From positions 30,112,299-30,176,298 of the forward strand of contig NC_134025.1 of NCBI RefSeq assembly GCF_964204645.1: a stretch of DNA of 64,000 nt. Direction: 5' to 3'. The translations under genes were made by a program, and so were the position numbers. Under the pieces are notes generated by a model. That model searched no databases. It saw nothing but the letters and a program-made list of their open reading frames with translations, and was not told where the DNA came from. This document shows positions 1-14,653 of this stretch, piece by piece (position 1 is the first letter of the stretch; each line of letters opens with the position of its first letter). This stretch comes from Tubulanus polymorphus (taxonomy: Eukaryota > Animalia > Nemertea).

Positions 1-710
1 CAATTCATGCCCAGAAACGAAATGACTTCATTCTCGCTGCTTAATCTTTCTACAAACAGATATAAATTCTTATTAGGGCAACTAAAGGAGGCACTTCAAA
101 CATTGATAAAAATACCAAATTAAGCATTAATCAAACGAAATGCAAATAAATCAGACAGTTTTACCAATAATACAGGGATATACAGGGTGACATACCAAAC
201 ACTATAGTAATCTATATGATTTGGGGGCAGGTTTTTAATGAAATACCGGCGACAATGTGAAATAAACCACGTAATTTTTTCTAGATATTGTTCACGTGTT
301 TACAATTTTACAATTCAAAGTCACAAAGGATTACAAGTGATTCGCAATTCTATTCTGTGAATTTGACAGTCACCGAAATAGTTCGAATGTTTTTACCATT
401 GAAAAGGAAGAATAGTCAAAGCTATACGGGCAACCAGTCTGAGTACCTATAAATGGCAATACCACAATAAAAACCACAAATTATGTTTCAGGAATTACGC
501 GTGTATCAGAGGGGCTCATGTGTTTTACTTTACGGGGAAGACCTGAAAATTGAATACCAGGTATTTCCTATGAAATATCAGTGCAAGAACTGATATTGAG
601 GAGGTGCATTCATAAAGTTTTATAGGGTAATGAAAAGTGTAGATGAGGTTTCATTTCGGCTCAAAATGTTCAGGGAATCTGACATCACATCTGTGTATTA
701 ACTGGTATAC

Positions 711-894
711 CTTAAACTTAGAGATACCGGGAGGAACCCAAGTATAACCATAATCTAAAATCTGTTCTTGCGAAATCCTGCGAGACTTGGTATCACCCTC
801 TCTCTGCCACCCGAGTCTATCTCGAATATTGACGTAGTCCTCGTGGTAAACATCGTGCACTTCTCGCGGACACTTACAACTCTGGCAAATATTC
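711..894 (-). CDS. Internal exon of a PET-domain protein (Prickle/Testin/LMCD1/LIMPETin family); the gene continues beyond the left edge
   Basis: Flanked by ttgcAG and GTatac. Translates to (R)NICQSCKCPREVHDV...YTWVPPGISKFK, which matches the 'RxICxxCKCPREeH' Cys-rich segment and the 'YxWVPPG' start of the PET domain in PET-LIM proteins. Confidence 0.8.
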
Positions 895-1163
895 CTGCAA
901 ATAGAAAAATGGAGAATTGGCGACATCAGTAAATACGACTGTTTTTACTGATTGGTGGGTTTTAATACCGGCAGTAACGACCATCATTAATCACTCATCG
1001 TGAATTAACCCAAACTCTCACTGCATAGACACCGTTCTGGAGCCAGTTTCCCAAATGTTGGTTAGAGCTCGGACATAATCTAGTTTATACGTCCTTGGTT
1101 TGAATTAACAGCTGATAGTTGACAATTAAAAGTTAATTTTGTAACTATGGTATTTATCCTCCA

Positions 1164-1271
1164 GGGCCCAGTTCCACAGTTCCGAGTTAAGATTTGACTC
1201 TGAATTAACTCATTGAAAATGAACTAAATTTAACTCAGAGTTAACTCTAACTCACAACTGTGGAACTGGAT
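1164..1271. mobile_element. MITE family A (about 110 bp), representative copy
   Basis: TIR ggcccagttccacagtt...aactgtggaactggatc flanked by CAG/CAG. Close copies at 44096-44203 and 35422-35512 (CTG/CTG flanks); diverged copies near 32166, 38386, 39735, 40452 and 25360. Confidence 0.8.
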
Positions 1272-2654
1272 CCAGTTATCTTTAACCAATTTTTGAGGGA
1301 AGTCAGAAAGCGATTTCTGAAGTCGTGATTACATGAGGATTTTGACCCAGATCAAATTTGGCATTTCAGTGCAGTAGTGCGCAGTACTGTCGTTTTGGGT
1401 ATCAAAGTGCCCTTTTGGGATGTGACAAGTCCTTCAAAAATTGGCCTCTGGACCCGCTCCTGCCAGTGGTACTGGTGTCGAACGTGCCTGTTTAACAATA
1501 CCTGTGCCAAATTTAAGCACACGTCAAATAGCAAAAGACTGTTTCAGTTTTTAGACACTGTTCTCCTCGTAATGAGCGACGAAGAGTTGAATTAGTGTGA
1601 AAATATGACTGAACAGTTTTTCTGCATAGAGATATTTTTAAAGGCTGTTTCAGTAGCTGTAGCAGCAGTGGGTTGAAGTGTTATCAAACATCTGCTGAAC
1701 ACCGTTCATTATTTCACATACAAATTCCTGATTCCCGATCTAATATTAACTATATAATGCTGATTATTTCATTTCATAAAAAAACATTTCGAAAGGTTTG
1801 TTAAAGTTCAAGTTGAAAACAGGCCACAGTTTATTTGATAGGTCACCGATAAGTGAACGAAGAAGAAATGTTTGTATTTCCTTTTCTATTTCTATATATA
1901 GGCTGAAATGAATATCCTTGAAAGAACACGTAGCTGACTGTAAAAATCAACCAAAATCAAACCAGATAGAAAAGTCATCTCCTCATGAATTATTCAAAAC
2001 TGTAATTTCTCGTCTTTCTCGAAGACATTTAGGAATCATGTGAATCATATCTGGAAGGAAAGTAGAATGTACGACAAGTTGTAATCAAGATACGACACGT
2101 CATCTACTTCAAAACAGATCTAACTCAGATAGAATACCATTTGACATCGATATATTGCTCACATCTAGAAGCGCCGATCAGTCAGTTATTGATGATTCTA
2201 GTATGGCAATATTACGAATGTTTCGGGCAGCGAAACGTAGGGAATAAGTGTAATAATTCTTGAATACCATCGGGATATGACTGGAAATATGCGAAATGGT
2301 GATATATTCCCCAGCTTTATCACCACAAATAATGAGAAATCTAATATTGCTGGTCGCGTTGTTAGTTTGTTGACCGCCGTAATATCAAAGTTCCTTCGCC
2401 GTTTAATAAGCTGCAGAGGAAAATAGTGATAAAATCAGTGATTTTTTTTCTTCCCTCGACCCGGTGAGAAACTGAGAATTATTTGCAAATTCTAGGTATG
2501 TTTTTCCCCTCAACCCGCTGAGCACCGACACAGGGCATCATTAGCGGATTCTAAGTTTATCTACTCAACCCACTGAACTGCTGCTCAGAATATTATTAGC
2601 AGGTTTCCCTCAACCAACCGAGTTCCACTGAGGGCACCATCAGCAGATTCTATA

Positions 2655-2830
2655 TTCCTCTTTTGCAATAAAGGGGAGGCCAGAGATGAAGTCCGATGTG
2701 ACGGATGGCTTAAACCACAGAATCTCACATATTCATAAAATTGACCATATCATTCCATTACCTCCATCTGTGGGGGTTGAACCCGGGACATCTTTCTTTG
2801 CAAGATAAACACGCTTGGCCTTCATCTACT
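2655..2830 (-). mobile_element. Possible degenerate tRNA-derived SINE
   Basis: The minus strand has a B-box-like cccGGGTTCAACCCC about 35 nt after a weak A-box-like segment, followed by a GC-richer body. Single copy in the window. Confidence 0.3.
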
Positions 2831-3362
2831 TCTTGTACGAGTACACCCTATAAAACATATAACATCCAAGATTAGAAATTATAATCATTTTAAAAACGTT
2901 TCAATGATTTTTAATTCTTCGAATGAATGCTCTCAACGAGCGCGCGGCGTGTGGCGTACGCGGCGATCGAAATAAAATCATACGCAGATAATCTCAATGA
3001 TTCTTACGGTCCGTTAAAGAGCGGTCATAAAAAAGCATCGGATTTAAAATTGATATAATACAAAACGTAAACAGAAGATACGAGATTTTGTAGTAGAATG
3101 AGAAACATGATGGGAAAATAAGAGAAAATGCACAGATTTATGGATGAGAACACAATCCATAAACAAGCTTTACAAACACGACCACCGCTGATGGCGGTTA
3201 TTTCCTATTTTACTTTGATTATTCAGTAGCACTGATCAAGTATTAATAGTGTACACATATCAATTTGCATCAGGTGTCAAGACTCTCATAAACCCCCTGA
3301 ATGCACATCCAATATTACATTCGACCGACCGTCGTCGTTTTACCGAAACCAGTCAACAGCGA

Positions 3363-3433
3363 CTCCTCACCCTCCTCACCCTCCTCACCCTCCTCACCCT
3401 CCTCACCCTCCTCACCCTCCTCACCCTCCTCAC
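3363..3433. repeat. 9-bp tandem repeat (CTCCTCACC)n, about 8 copies
   Basis: Directly visible. Confidence 0.95.
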
Positions 3434-5428
3434 TGATAATCAAAACCTGCAAACATTAACCAAAACATCATGAAACATTTTCGTAGAAATATTCACACCA
3501 TTTTTGCTTTATTAATGAAAAAGCCACAATCGAAATAAACTCTAAGATTTGAAAATTGCTCACAATATTTGAGTTGAAGGTAACTTATATACTAATGCCA
3601 GGGGGGAGGGGTGAGGCTAGTTTTTTTCGCGATAGTGAGTTAATCTTCATTGTTTTGATAGTGTCAGCACGAGAAGCTATAGTTTCGCCAACGAACGAAA
3701 TGAGACATTAAATTCTCATTATTCAATAATCGTACTGGTTTCACTGCAGGTTCATCGATCAACAAAAAACCAGGATACGACTGAAAATCTGCACGTATCA
3801 ACTATAAATAGAATCTGAGTCTGAGAACAACTAATTCCTCAGGGATCACACTGGACAAGAGGATGTACGTAGAAGAGCTGCCAGTAAAATAACAGATCTG
3901 TTTCTTTATAGAACAAAACACGATCATCCTTTTGTAATGTGAAGATCTTTCATACAAAGGATTTTCACAAGATTTTTTTGTGTTATGAAAAAAAGTTTTT
4001 TTTTTCACAAAAACCATGGTATGTACATGCATGATAAGCATTTGTCGTACTTATAATTCAACAAAAATTATTCTCTTGGGAAATAAGTAACTGATCTTCA
4101 AAACACCTTGGTACGTGCATTGGATATGATGGATAAAGAGTATAGTATTACCCTTGGCTGTTGTTTGTCAAGGAGCCAAAAAAGTCCCAAGAAGGAATTC
4201 TTATCTGGGAAATTTCAGAGTTAGTTATTGTTGTTTCACAGGGGAACCTTCCATCATTAAGTGTCAAAGTTGCGACCCCTGCACGCGAACACACGTCATC
4301 ATTCCATCAAATGGAAATCTTTTATAATCACGGTTTCCTAGCAACTGCCATTTAATCCACTGTTTTCTAGAAATACTGATCAAAATCTCTTTACACGTTT
4401 ATCAATCCTTTCGGCTATTTTAAAAACCCATAACGATTTGAATAAACAAATTGATGGTCCGAAGACTGATGGCTCGGACTCCTGGTGACAAGTTGCAGTC
4501 AGGTTTCATATAAAAATTGATGATATTGTTTGATCACTTGAATTCCACACTATATGACAGTAAACATCCCAGGATTGAATGAAAGCAGTGTAAGTTAACA
4601 CGCACAACTGTGATTCAACACAAAGATTTATTCTGACAATAATTTCATCGGAATTTTTCAGTGAATGATGCGAGCGCTATATTCAGCGTTAATGCAATGA
4701 ATGATTGGATTCTAAAACAAAATCAAATCTTTTGATATCATCGGCTTACAACGGTTCATCGTAGTCAGGATAGATCAATAGTAGTCAGAATTATCAATAA
4801 CTACAGTTCGTTTTACGATCAAATCAAGTCATTTTTTTGGTGAAATAACGAGTGGGATAATGCCCTATCTGTACTACCATACAACGTTAATATCAATCAC
4901 AAGATTTCATAATGAATATTGGGAAACCACACTTATGACGACAATGCCCTCAGATATTCTGCTTATATACACTATCATAGGGCTTCAAAAATATTCTACA
5001 GATTTCAAGCTGAGTATTTCAATACACTCGAAAGGTTCAGTGAAATCTATGTGTATTTAGTGGCTGTGCTGGCAGCCACAATCTTAACTGCATCTAATAT
5101 AATAATTACATCTAGTTAATTTGCGAATAAAAGCCGTGCTTTATGTTACTGGAGGGATTCCAGTGATGAGATAGATTTATGCAAGGTTTTCTCAGTTGTC
5201 CGTGTCGTGGAATACTAATTGTCTATATAGATATAGATCACTCTGCAGTTTCAATACAAACCACAATAGAGAAAATGAAGAAATAATAGACTCAGTCGGG
5301 GGGGAGGGGGATGGGGGGGAGGGGGAGGGGAGGAGGCTGGTCGTGCAGTTAACGTACGCCACAAGCACTGATGCGAGAACTATTTTGGAACAAATTATCT
5401 AAAAGGGACCTCTGGTCTTCCGATCATA

Positions 5429-5655
5429 AGCCGCGATCTCACGGTGACCATTTGGCCCGGGATCAAGCCCGAGTCAAATTTGGCCCATTCACTCTAAACT
5501 AAACAACACAAAATAAGTCACTTCTGGAACCAGTTGTAATTCACATGCAATGATTTGACCCATGCTAAAATTTGGCTCGAGTCTAGACCGATGTTTTTGG
5601 TTGGGGCCATTTGTCCCGTCTGAACACGGCCAAAAATGCCCGTATGATTGCAGCT
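5429..5655. mobile_element. MITE family B (about 230-290 bp), representative copy
   Basis: Termini agccgcgatctcacgg...ccgtatgattgcagct; shared internal aagtgaggtRaNNcacttccagaaccagtt motif. Copies at about 33341-33573, 38030-38315, 50640-50931, 52750-52980, and reversed at 56600-56912 and 63175-63410. Confidence 0.72.
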
Positions 5656-6429
5656 TTTGATTGGTATATCAGTAGTCAGATATTGTTCGAGTATCATACG
5701 GTAATGTTTTATGGAGGTGCAGAGAATTTCAGACTCAGTTGAACCTCTTCTTCAGATCGTCATTGCTCATAGAGTTCGATTCTATAATCGGTACTAAGCG
5801 CCTTCAGATCTCAGCGGATCATATGTAAATATGAGATCATACTAAATGACCCTGTATCGCAGCGAGCGCTTCATGACTCGAATATAAAACTACTATCACT
5901 TAAACCTACTGTTCATGTTGTATGAGAAAACTGAGTTTACCTCTAAATCTAATAAGAATATTTCTACAGGCATAAAGTCTGAAATAGTTTCCTGGTGATG
6001 GTTTCTAGTAAGAGTCTGAAACAATATTATCTCTTCGAATTCTAAATTTCGATCTATTATAAATTTCATTCTTAATATCTTAATTTCAAAATGATGAGTT
6101 TCAATGATGATATCTATTCACCCAGTCAAATGTGAATTCAGATCTGAGGAACTGGGTCCTGTCTGAAAACCGATGAACTGAAGGTCCCTAGATGATTTCA
6201 CATAGACGCTTTGTCATCTCTAGCGCAGCATTAGCCGCACCAGAAAGTAATTGTTTGTGAGACAGGTTTAGCGAGTAAATTGATCCAACTCAAATATGTT
6301 ATATTTGATTTGTGTCTGGACCGATATGCGAACCACCCTCCATTACCATCATTACAACAAAACCAGATTCCTCTCCCCGATTTACACAATGATATTTAGA
6401 ACATTCTGAATTTAGTCTCGAACAAGCGA

Positions 6430-6705
6430 AAAGACTGTTCTAAATTGGTTTGTTCCATTCTAGAAACTACCCATTTAGACCGGCAAAAATACTGACTCGG
6501 GTCCATTCTAAATTCTAGAACTGACCATTTCTCTATGCGAATAAAAACTTAGCTTCAATTGCCTGTCAATTAAAGTTTTACGTCTAGCTGGACCAGTGAT
6601 AACAGCAGATTAAAAAACTTATTCGGACGCACAGTATTGATTTGGTCGATACCAGGTACTGGCCACCAAATTGAAGCGGATCAACCAACGATAGCGTGAA
6701 CATTC
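6430..6705. mobile_element. Dispersed repeat / MITE family C (about 250-330 bp)
   Basis: Shared blocks taaattggtYtgttccatt...gaccatttctct...tctagctggaccagtgataa recur at 49200-49450 (ends gcgttcac...gtgaacgc) and reversed at about 45400-45742. Confidence 0.68.
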
Positions 6706-7777
6706 ACACACATCCATACAATCTTCATGCACGAAATATGAGAGAAGACAGATTTATGAGTTGGACATCGGGCTACGAGACAAAATTAGGAATTACCAAG
6801 TGATATGTAATATATAAACGTAAATTCAGTAACATACAACGACACGATCATAAATCAGTATTTTATAGCCAAGTTATGTAATTTATATGATGTATTGATG
6901 ACACAAATTGAGTTGTGAAACATGAAAGTCAATATCTTACTGTTTCATACAGCAATAACTTCATCTATTCACGTATAATTATCTAATTACAACATTGATC
7001 ATTATCATCTACACTCTATCGCACACCTCTCTCGCTATCCTCGCTCTCCTTCTCATTCTCATCCTCTCCTATTTCTTCACGTCTCTCTCTTCACTTGTTA
7101 ATTTCATCTCCATTCTTGCTCCCCACCCTCTCTCCCCGTCTATTTCTCCCTCTCTCTTCCTCCGCATCTACCTCTTCTTGCTCTCTCTGTCTCCTCTCTG
7201 CTCTTTAATACTCTCAGCTTGGAGTAATCATTTGTTCAAATGTTTACTCCAAGCTCTCAGTTATACCCTCTTACAATATTCTTCCACACTCCAGCACCAC
7301 AACTACTGCAACTATCAAAACAATCTGCAGCAATTAATTGTTCTTTTCACCATCAATGTTTATTGAACTACGATTAATGCTGAACTTATCATAAAATAAT
7401 CTCGTTGTACAAATAAAGAATTTTCTAAAATGGTAGCTACGTTGGGTGCAGTTTATCGGTTAGTTTGAAGGAAGTTCAATAAATGTAATATTTGAACAGG
7501 ATTCAGTCAGTGCTGCAGTTTATCAGCAAACAACTGAAATTACGAATGATAAATCAGTTGACTATACAACATTCATAATCTCGTCTGCACTGAATTTAAA
7601 CGGCACTTTTAACGTATTATTTGCCCGTTGTAAGGAATACCTGTAGAGCTTAGACAAATTCTCATATGAAATACAAATATATAATCCGAATATTTGTCCT
7701 CGACAAACTTCTGAGGCTTTCACATTTATTTCATGATGTGAGAATTTATCTGAATTTCATATTTTCAAATCAAATCC

Positions 7778-7910
7778 TCCACAACTAGAGCCTGGTGTTG
7801 CTCTACCACCAGAGCGTGTTGCTCTACCACTAATGCCTAGTGTTGCTCCACAGCTAGAACCTGGAGTTGCTCCACAACTAGAGCCTGGTGTTGATCCACA
7901 ACTAGAGCTA
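7778..7910. repeat. Degenerate 24-bp minisatellite (ccacaactagagcctggtgttgct), about 5 copies
   Basis: Directly visible; produces the GSSCGATP pseudo-ORF. Confidence 0.85.
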
Positions 7911-9168
7911 GACTTGTGTTGCCCCAATAAAACTAACCAGTATTTAAACAAATGTTTTCTTCAAACTGAAGAATGATCAGCAAGACTACTGTAAGCGATT
8001 GAACTGAAATAAACCTCGTTAAATACAGAATAATTCAGGAATTCAACACTCAGCCGAATCAGATTGATTTTAACTCAGGAATTTTGATGAGCAGTTATCG
8101 GGAAAGAGAAAAAAACCCACCAATTGATATTGATGGAGTTCACACAACAGAACATTTCAAAACTATTCCACACATCACAGAACTGAATTCAATTCCTATA
8201 CATTTGTGTCTGCCATAACTATCAGTTCATTACTAATAATAATTTGCTTTAGATTAGTAAATTACCGACTAAAAACTTTCATTGAAAAAAAAACATTACT
8301 TTAATATATTTTCAATGCATACATCATGTAAAATAAAACATATCTATGAAAGAATCTATGACATGCAGGACACAATTCCATCGAGATTTAGAATGTTCAA
8401 ACCTTTTTAAAACTACAGAATGGAAAAAAATTAAAAAACGCAAATTACAGTATCGAAAATTCAAAAAAGAGCTGACGGTAAAACCAGGGAAAACGTCCCA
8501 TCACGAGATGATTCTAATAACTAAACATGCAAATAAGTTTTAAAGAAGATAGAGAGAGATTATTAACACATATATGATAGATTATGAGCACCTACTTTTC
8601 CATATTCTATTTCCAAACATTGTTTCCAATAAGCAGTACGGTCTGCCATATTACAAATAAATCCACCAGAGCGTTTTAATCAGCCCTGGCGAGTGAGCTA
8701 TTAGAAATCTTGTCTCATTAATATCTGAAATGGAATCGGCCCAAAGTAGTAAACAAACACTGTCAGTAACTGTGAGGCAAGTTGTTGGTTTTATCACACG
8801 ATCCGGTACTCGATAGACCCGTCTGGTGCGACTGGTGCGATGTAGCTGCATCCAGTCAGTCCTCGCTACTGCTGCTGCTGCTGCTGTTGCTGCTACAGCT
8901 CACAATCAACATCTAGGTAAATTCGCAGTAATTAAACACAATGTTACTGATTTCTTGATTAGAAAATGTCAACAGTCATCAGTGTATTGAAATCCTACTT
9001 CATCAGACCCTTATAAATATATCACGTCTCACTCATCACACCCAATATATATCACTCCTCACTCATCTGATTTGACTATGAAATAAAAAGAAAACTTGCA
9101 CTTTATTTGTCATACTTCCACAAGTGATTTGTCCTGAAAAGTTGCCCTTCTTCTCCGTCCTATAAGGT

Positions 9169-9260
9169 GACAACGAGCTTTGAATAAATACAAACAAAAC
9201 TTTTCACAATTTACACAACGAGCTTTGAATAAATACAAACAAAACTTTTCACAATTTACA
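9169..9260. repeat. Perfect tandem duplication of about 45 bp
   Basis: acaacgagctttgaataaatacaaacaaaacttttcacaatttac occurs twice, adjacent. Confidence 0.9.
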
Positions 9261-9316
9261 TTATTTATCAGGCAAATAAACTAACAAACTTCGCAATAAT
9301 CAACAAGCTCACATAA

Positions 9317-10662
9317 AACTATACTACCTACTACTATACTACATACTACTATACTACCTACTACTATACTACCTACTACTATACTACCTACTACTATACT
9401 ACCTACTACTGTACTACCTACTACTGTACTACCTACTACTATACTACCTACTACTACACTACCTACTACTATACTACCTACTACTACACTACCTACTACT
9501 ATACTACCTACTACTGTACTACCTACTACTATACTACCTACTACTACACTACCTACTACTATACTACCTACTACTATACTACCTACTACTATACTACCTA
9601 CTACTATACTACCTACTACTATACTACCTACTACTACACTACCTACTACTATACTACCTACTACTGTACTACCTACTACTATACTACCTACTACTATACT
9701 ACCTACTACTGTACTACCTACTACTATACTACCTACTACTATACTACCTACTACTATACTACCTACTACTATACTACCTACTACTACACTACCTACTACT
9801 ATACTACCTACTACTGTACTACCTACTACTATACTACCTACTACTACACTACCTACTACTATACTACCTACTACTACACTACCTACTACTATACTACCTA
9901 CTACTATACTACCTACTACTGTACTACCTACTACTATACTACCTACTACTGTACTACCTACTACTGTACTACCTACTACTGTACTACCTACTACTGTACT
10001 ACCTACTACTATACTACCTACTACTATACTACCTACTACTACACTACCTACTACTATACTACATACTACTGTACTACCTACTACTGTACTACCTACTACT
10101 ATACTACCTACTACTACACTACCTACTACTGTACTACCTACTACTACACTACCTACTACTATACTACCTACTACTATACTACCTACTACTACACTACCTA
10201 CTACTACACTACCTACTACTACACTACCTACTACTGTACTACCTACTACTGTACTACCTACTACTACACTACCTACTACTGTACTACCTACTACTGTACT
10301 ACATACTACTATACTACCTACTACTACACTACCTACTACTACACTACCTACTACTATACTACCTACTACTGTACTACCTACTACTGTACTACCTACTACT
10401 ACACTACCTACTACTGTACTACCTACTACTATACTACATACTACTATACTACCTACTACTACACTACCTACTACTACACTACCTACTACTATACTACCTA
10501 CTACTGTACTACCTACTACTATACTACCTACTACTATACTACCTACTACTATACTACCTACTACTATACTACCTACTACTACACTACCTACTACTACACT
10601 ACCTACTACTATACTACCTACTACTATACTACCTACTACTATACTACCTACTACCATACTAC
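9317..10662. repeat. 15-bp minisatellite (act-ATA/ACA/GTA-ctacctact)n, about 90 copies
   Basis: Directly visible; three main unit variants are interspersed. Confidence 0.98.
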
Positions 10663-13600
10663 CAGTCTCATCGTAAACCAGTATTCATCTATGCGATTTT
10701 TTAAACATTCTATTATGAAAGTGTAAATGGATATCTAATCAATACTCAAAACTATGTTTCATATAGAGTTGCGCCATATCTTACTACGGAAATTAAAACA
10801 CAACCAAAATACTGACAATGAGTTTATTGATCCCTTATACCATTCATAGAAAGAAGGTTACGCAGAATACCCAGTAAGGAAGGACATTCCTTCAAAAATA
10901 GCCACATAGACGGCCGCAATCAGGGTTCCCCTCATCAATAGAAAACTTTTGAAGAAATATAACGGAGAAGATGCAATTTGTGAGAGGTCGTATGTCAAAT
11001 TAGCAGGTTTTAATGGTCCCTGTCCTAAAAAGGGCAACAACATCAATCAGTAAATCAGGAGTCCAGATCCTTAAAACTACCAACCAAGCTACATTTTCAT
11101 ATTCTTCTATAGCGGTAATGAGAGAATCACATGCAGCAGACTGTAAGACTAAAATAGAGAAAAAACTGTGGTTTCACAGGCAAAACTAACATAACAAAGA
11201 GAATTGTCGCAGTCAGTCAGTTAGACGTTGTCGTAGTGCCTGCTAAATTAAATACACAACTATGATGGATGAGAATAGATCGAATACATACACAAAGTGT
11301 GTAGATTGTTTTACTCTCAGTTACCCTGGTAATACATATTTACCTCTCTCTCTCTCTCTCCTACTCTCAATGAAGAGTTTGCTGCAAGATGACAGATTTA
11401 TAACCTATGAGACACCATTAACACATTACGTTAAGTTATGTATCTCGTCACATCTCTGCAGTAACTGACCATTTATTCACATTATCAATGCATTTTTCTG
11501 ATATACTGTATGGGATTCTGCACTATCAATTTACCAATGGCTCTAGTAGTGAGCAGATACTGATCATAAAGTTTGAATGTCAGTTATCAACTATAGCAGA
11601 AATTGATAAAACAGAAAAACCGTGTTTTTCGTGTTGAGATCCAGGAGGTCTCATGAGACCTAAAACTTTGAACTTCCAAGGGAAAGCACTCAGCAAAATT
11701 TTGTCGACGGAAATCTGAAAAAGTGTACTTTTTGTCAAATAGATGCACCATATTGTGTCAAAGATTCTGAAAATACGTTGCTGAAGATTGTGTCTTCGAC
11801 AACCATATTTTTTCTGTGTTTCGCCACAGCAGGAATACCCAATTATTTGTCTTGAAAACCCTGATTTTGCCACAATGAATCCTGCACATTCATCTTCTGG
11901 CTGTTTTTTTTCTTTCAAATAACACAGCAGCACATCCATCACAGAAAGTAAGTCTCTCTTACTGATGACACGCATATTATGGAACAAACTGTTATTTCTG
12001 CATCAGGAATCAGCTTCCTGTGACTGTCAGAAACAGTCGTTAATGTTTGAGATGCATTCCGCATAGAATGGAAATGAGAGGAGCCAAAAAAAACAGCCGA
12101 GCACAGAGGAATTTATCCGAGCTACTACTGATGACATAGTCACTGAAACGAACGTGTGTGCATGTCCCAGGTACCCACAAACCTGAATACTATATATAAA
12201 GGTTTATAGGTGTTCTGTAGGTCGAACTATTGTCAGTTGAATGAGAGAGAAAGAGACTATCATAGCTTCACCTCAAACATGTGTAATAGGTCTAGTGAAA
12301 AACGATGATTCTTTTTTACGACAAAATCATATTGAGTTTCAGTGTCATTTATATATATATTTATATATATATACAGCTGTCACATGAATACCAATATCTA
12401 TTAGAGTTCTACAATTTATTATATTTACTGAATTCAACACAGAACTGAATAATGCAAATATAACATATATAGAATAGAATATTCCCTCTATTTCGACGTT
12501 AGAAATTGTCTGTTTTTAGACAACTAGGAAAGTGTTACGTCTGATGAAATAATATTTTCCGATCGTGTCATTCTTTAAAAAATGTCTCCAAACTGTCGAC
12601 TATAATCTACGGATAGCTGCGTGATATTAATCAACGTCATGTCAGATAGCGAGACCCATTAGTATATGACTCAATATACTAGCTACGCAAATACCATAGA
12701 TAGATAAAAGTTCAACTATGGTTTTAAACTGACAAAACACATAACGAAGATATCAGTCTAATAATGACAGCTGTTTTATTCACGGTGACAAAGTCTACGG
12801 TTAATGTGTCTATGTATGCTACTACAGTTATAGTTTTTTGTCCTTATTTACAACTACTGTTTCCCTATAACAGCACTGCACGATATAACACGCTGAGGTG
12901 GTACTGGTTTTCAGCCCCTGCCCCATCCCATTGAGGTTGCACTGGACCCAGATTCATAAAAAGGATTAACTCTCTAATTAATTTATAATTTCTGGTAATT
13001 CAATTTGACCTAAAATCGAGTAAAGAATTAACATTTTCGTTAACTGGGTCCGTGGGTTTAAAAATTAGCCGTCGAAATGATTAAACCGAACATCAATCAT
13101 TTGATTAAACATATTGAAATGGATTAAGCCTTCAAACGGGATTATCAAGGCACATCGATTAAACACGGATTACATTCCGAGTCTGACTATGTTTTTGGTA
13201 TAATCATTGCGGTCTTTATACCGGTAACCCAGTAAAAACAGAACGAGGGGAAGGGAATGAGGGGAAGGGGAGACTTGACTGAGTTAAAACACTCACAGAC
13301 TAACAGCAGAGATGAGAGAGGGAAGTTTCGTAATTATCTACTTGACACCAATCACACGGTATCCACTGCGTTTAACATCACACAACAATATTGAAAATCA
13401 TTCATAAAAATCAATTCTAAAAATAGGATTCTAGAAACAAGCGATGATGAGATCGATATTACAATCTTATCATCATCGGGGTCATGTAACTATGCTAAAA
13501 AGTGCATTTCTAGATTGTTTTATAAGTCGTGCCTGTGTAAACTTCGAAAAACCTTTCACAAACTGAAACATTTGATAATAATTTCAATTACCGTAGAAAG

Positions 13601-14653
13601 TGAAGAAACAGTTTGAATCAAAGTAGTGTTTGTTTGGGCAAAACAACATATCTACAAGACTGAACAGTCATCATACAGTGAATAAAATATCATCGGTAGA
13701 GATTGATATAGTAAAGGAAACAGGTGTAAAAATTCACCACAAATTGATTGCACATTTCCTCGTGATACTAACGCGTTGTAAATGAACTGTTCACAGTCGA
13801 TCTTCATTCGGAAATTCTTCTTTTTAATATCACAATCAATTCAGTAAATATTTATAGAAGTCATCGAAAATAAATCAGTAAAGGTCAAACTCTTGTCGGT
13901 TGAGTCTGTATCTAACCTTTCAAAATGTTCTTACATTTCACAATTTATTTAATGGGGTGTTAAACTTATCAGTGATACATATACAGACCACCGTGAGGTA
14001 TAGTTCGAGCTTCTATCGTCAGGATTCAACCAACAAATCAATAACTGATAAACCTCTATCTCTACCAGCGATATTCCCTCCTCCATATGTTATATAAAAA
14101 AAATCAGGATACAGAAGAAACTCATTATCGATTTGAGAGGAAATAGGAGACATTCTGTCTATCAGTATTCTACAGATCCACACACAAAAGAAACAGACAA
14201 ATCCTACTCAGTTTATGGTAAACAAGATTGTTCGGTTACAATCAAATCTTTCCGATACTGCTCTAAAGTCTATAATGCATTCTCTTAATGATATTTCCGA
14301 GCACTCCTCCATTTTTCCATTGAATCAATTCACAGCCCACCTACAGAAACTTAAAAATTGAGAGTCCATTACCTCGGGAACAAAAAATCATCGAATTTAA
14401 GTGTAATTTCGAATGAACATGAGATGAAACTCAAATCTGATGATTATCACTTCAACAGCAGTAGTAGAGCTACGCGAAGAGGATGATAATGGTCGGATAG
14501 CTGAACAAATCAATCAATCAAAACCCATTAAAATAATCCATTACACAATATAAAACCATGCATCGACTAATGGTAGGAAATATGTTTTCCTAGAACAGAA
14601 ACAACTACGGCTGTATTGAGTATTCGACACCATTTACAACAAGTGGATCTTAC

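Noticed and set aside
6995-7366. 123-aa hydrophobic ORF
   Set aside because: Comes from a CT-rich low-complexity tract.
9281-10657. 458-aa VVGSI ORF
   Set aside because: A by-product of a stop-free 15-bp satellite; no unique coding sequence or splice context.
11580-11987. 135-aa minus-strand ORF
   Set aside because: No recognisable homology or convincing splice boundaries; it cannot be supported as coding.
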